This document shows positions 61,154-64,000 of a stretch of DNA of 64,000 bases, one piece after another (the stretch's first letter is position 1; the number at the start of each line of letters is the position of its first letter). Source of the stretch: an uncultured virus (IMG/VR IMGVR_UViG_2630968639_000002). Lineage: Duplodnaviria; Heunggongvirae; Uroviricota; Caudoviricetes. The notes beneath the pieces are model-generated. The model ran no database searches and had not been told where the DNA came from. It worked only from the letters and a program-made list of their open reading frames with translations. A program made the position numbers and the translations under genes. The stretch spans positions 1 through 64,000 of the IMG/VR virus record IMGVR_UViG_2630968639_000002; one strand, written 5' to 3'.

Positions 61154-61931
61154 AATTCGGCACTGCCAGTATTTATTACTCAACAGTGCCAATCGCGACG
61201 GTTTAGTTTCTGCCAGGAAACGCACCGCTACTTGCACTTTTCGTTAGTGCCAGACGCTTTCGACTTCGCTCAATAGTAGAAGGCAAAATCTTTAAGTAGA
61301 TGATGTTTCTGAGGACAGCACCTACTTTGTAATTTATACAATGTGATGTATGGAATCATTTGTTGTGAAAACAGGCACCAATGGCAACAGTGGTTAAACC
61401 TACACAACAATCCTGTCTTCACAACGTTGAGGCCACTACTCCGATTGAATGTTTGCCCAACATGTTACATATCAACGCTCGCCGGTATCTCTGTGAATAG
61501 AACCTTAGAATTGATAAAAATGTAATGGCCTCAACGTTGTGTGCTGGCTAACCATACCAGCCGGGCTACGTCGCCGCTTTTTAACCCAGTATAAACGACA
61601 TAATTGAACAAAATGACGTAACAGGATGGGCGGTCAGAGGCTAAGAATCCGGGAGTCATATGGAGTTGAAAATATACCGACCGCCCATTCTGTTACTTCA
61701 TCGGAGGGAACACTCATGTTCCCTCCTGCGTTCTGCAATCACACTCGCTCAGTGTGTCCCATTTCGGTAACGAGGCTGGAAACTGACCTCGCTGGTGTTT
61801 GGCTTATTAGGCTACTGCCAGATAGACTTCTTCGTTTGCACTTGTATTTAAGTTCAAACAGTCGCGTCTCAACGAAAACAAAGTCATCTTATACATAAAA
61901 GATAAGTAAGTAAATACTTATTGTTGTGTTT

Positions 61932-62222
61932 TTATTCGGTTGTGACTTTTTTGATCAAGGCCACTCTACGACTAGGTGTTCTTGTGATGGTGGCAGTGAA
62001 TCGTTTCGCTTGGATAGTAATGGTTTCGTTCTCCTTAAGTTGCCCGTAGCGAGTTTCCACCAGGGTGCCAAGACGCCACAGACCATCATCGATACGTTTA
62101 TGACTAGCAAATTTAATCAGCAGCAGTTTTACGACTAACTGACCTACGTAAAAGGCGAATGCGACTCCGGCCGCTAAGAAATAGGTGGCCAACCACCAGT
62201 CCCAAGAAGTTAAATTGCTCAT
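61932..62222 (-). CDS. membrane-anchored hypothetical protein
   Basis: N-terminal TM segment. Confidence 0.65.
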   Translation of the reverse strand: MSNLTSWDWWLATYFLAAGVAFAFYVGQLVVKLLLIKFASHKRIDDGLWRLGTLVETRYGQLKENETITIQAKRFTATITRTPSRRVALIKKVTTE

Positions 62223-62371
62223 TTTCTAACCTTTGTTTCATGAACTACCCGATACACACGCTTTCCGATGCACAGTGTTTTGGTTTTAAGTTCCTGCTTA
62301 ATTAAATCACGACAGATGCCGAAGCCGATAAGGAAGCCACCCATAAAAGCTAATGAGATGTATGGAATCAT
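62219..62371 (-). CDS. small membrane protein (50 aa, MIPYISLAF...)
   Basis: Manually read; AGGAG RBS; ATGA overlaps on both sides. Confidence 0.55.
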   Translation of the reverse strand: MIPYISLAFMGGFLIGFGICRDLIKQELKTKTLCIGKRVYRVVHETKVRK

Positions 62372-62583
62372 TTTAACGCTCCTGATTCTACTAATTGCTG
62401 TAGCAATACTTTCCCTTTATCAGTTAACTGGTAGTTGGCCGAACACCACGTTTCAGAAACGTTTGCAACCAACCCTAACCGCTCTAACTTAGCTCGCGTT
62501 TTAGGCTTCCAGTACTCAGGGAACTCCGGCCACTTACTTATTTCATGAAGCGTTTCTTTCTCCCGTTTACTTAATACGATCAT
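62368..62583 (-). CDS. small winged-helix-like hypothetical protein
   Basis: LERLGLV...YQLTDKG pattern. Confidence 0.65.
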   Translation of the reverse strand: MIVLSKREKETLHEISKWPEFPEYWKPKTRAKLERLGLVANVSETWCSANYQLTDKGKVLLQQLVESGALK

Positions 62584-63902
62584 TCTTTATCTCCGATTCG
62601 ATCTTCGGTATCGCGTAAGCAACGCGGCCATTTCAGTCGTGGGTGGCGTAAGCTGCCATCAGGTGTTTTCTCGTGACAATGAACCTCGACAATACGACCA
62701 CGGTACTTCTCTTTGTTGTTCCAGATCTCGTCCAGATATTTATGCTTAATGCCACTCGCACGAACGATGACGCCGTTTTCAAGACGAATAACAATTTTTC
62801 CAAGCGTGTTGGCAAAACCAGAGTCCGGGTCGCCCGGCTCAAAATCGATAATTTCACCATCTTCTGAATCTTCGTCTTTTAACTTCCACCAGCTGCGGGT
62901 ACGTTTAAACTCGTAAACAGAGTTCGGATCTTTGCCCATCTCCCCTTCTTCGTTATCGTCCAGGCGTTTCATGAAGCGTTCGATGAAGTCTTCGTGGCTA
63001 TGGATGATGTAGAACGGATGTAGGTGAATGTCTTGCGCGTAGTCTTCACTGCGATCGTTTTTGAACAACGCCACGAGAATAGCCAGGCGCTCTTTCAGCT
63101 TCATACCTGTCTTTGCATACTCTTTGGATTTAGCCTGTGCCCGCCATTCCGGTAGGAAGAAGTCGAAAACATGATAAATAGCGCCAATTGCCTGCACGTT
63201 CTTTTTGCGCAATGCAGATACGGACTGGTTAAATGAACCGGCTGTTCCTTCACCATCGAAGAAGATGTGTTTGTGGCCTGAAAGTTTGCCTAATTCGAGC
63301 ATGGCTGGCTTTAGGTGATCGAGAGACGTGATTGGATTACCAGTACGAGAAAGGAAGTTCACCTCTTCCTCGTCAACAATAACCTCGCAAATTACTCGCA
63401 AACCATCGAGCTTAAGGCTGCCAATCATCGGCCATTTTGCTTTAGGATTTGGCTTGAAGGGGTATTTGTCGCCTTTTTCTTTATACGGTGACGCCAGCTG
63501 CACCTCAAATTTCGGAATGGGATTTTCAAAAACCTTGTTGCATAGGCTAATCCCAACACCCGCTTTCGGGTCTTTTAAGAGGAAACGACGGAACACGTCC
63601 TGCCCATCGGCGCACATTGACGCCACGATAGACTCAACAGCAGCTATTGCTGCGTTCCCCGTCAGCTCGCGAGAGGCCAGCTTATTCAGTATATCAATGG
63701 CTTTTTCGTCACTTGGGACGGACTCACTAAGCGGCTCTGCCACTTTGTATTTCTTTACCCCAAAACGGATGAAAGGGTTGAGCATCAATGAAACCATGCT
63801 TTGCTCGAAGTCATCCATGTTGGCCAATGCCTCTTTTTTTGCATTGGTTCCCATAGCTTTCATTTCGTCCAGCTTATGCTTAAGTGCGATCAACTTTTTC
63901 AT
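62580..63902 (-). CDS. ATP-dependent DNA ligase
   Basis: KLDG.R, FDGE, EGEMGK, KR...W.KLK and SLRHP motifs. Confidence 0.95.
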   Translation of the reverse strand: MKKLIALKHKLDEMKAMGTNAKKEALANMDDFEQSMVSLMLNPFIRFGVKKYKVAEPLSESVPSDEKAIDILNKLASRELTGNAAIAAVESIVASMCADGQDVFRRFLLKDPKAGVGISLCNKVFENPIPKFEVQLASPYKEKGDKYPFKPNPKAKWPMIGSLKLDGLRVICEVIVDEEEVNFLSRTGNPITSLDHLKPAMLELGKLSGHKHIFFDGEGTAGSFNQSVSALRKKNVQAIGAIYHVFDFFLPEWRAQAKSKEYAKTGMKLKERLAILVALFKNDRSEDYAQDIHLHPFYIIHSHEDFIERFMKRLDDNEEGEMGKDPNSVYEFKRTRSWWKLKDEDSEDGEIIDFEPGDPDSGFANTLGKIVIRLENGVIVRASGIKHKYLDEIWNNKEKYRGRIVEVHCHEKTPDGSLRHPRLKWPRCLRDTEDRIGDKE

Positions 63903-64000
63903 TGTTGTTTTGCCTCCATATGTTGATCGATTTGCTCATGTGTTTCTTTTGTTGTTTCTTCAAGCAACGCCGCATACACGTCAGTGATCGCTGTTTGTGA

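Larger units (their letters stand above)
1..64000. mobile_element. SSU5/pHCM2-like phage-plasmid (partial; early, replication and metabolic half)
   Basis: Iteron RepA replicon co-occurs with phage-type DnaE, RecA, SbcCD, cobS/cobT-like, nrdAB, thyA, ligase and tRNAs, which is the hallmark gene content of this group. Confidence 0.9.

Noticed and set aside
60519..61898. Short ORFs across the tRNA region
   Set aside because: They overlap tRNAs and RNA stems and lack credible RBS or protein features

Overview
This window is about 64 kb of an Enterobacteriaceae SSU5/pHCM2-type phage-plasmid, with most genes on the minus strand. No virion or lysis module is present. It holds an iteron/RepA plasmid replicon (38.6-40.4 kb) and a replication/recombination set: DnaE, DnaQ-like exonuclease, 5'-3' exonuclease, SSB, UvsY-like, intein-interrupted RecA, SbcCD, RuvC-like, RNase HI and ligase. 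It also carries nucleotide-metabolism genes (nrdAB, grxA, thyA, folA, NTP-PPase, P-loop kinase), cobS/cobT-like genes, two adenine methylases, an XRE regulator converging on a LexA-boxed tyrosine recombinase, and four tRNAs. Accessory cargo is a near-chromosomal Escherichia metG-mrp block, a HumD/UmuD'-like gene, a HicAB-like pair plus a csp gene, and an AbiC-like gene. The strongest unannotated signal is a complete tisB/istR-style type I toxin-antitoxin architecture at 10.8-11.25 kb: an 84-nt sRNA whose first 20 nt pair with the leader of a 27-aa peptide. It sits next to what looks like a captured chromosomal nrdAB promoter with DnaA boxes. Other signals are a 13-7-13 lox-like site upstream of the recombinase, two genome-wide operator families plus a fixed-spacing promoter class, and a chained hairpin RNA array interleaved with the tRNAs. 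All family assignments come from motif recognition and recall; no searches were run.
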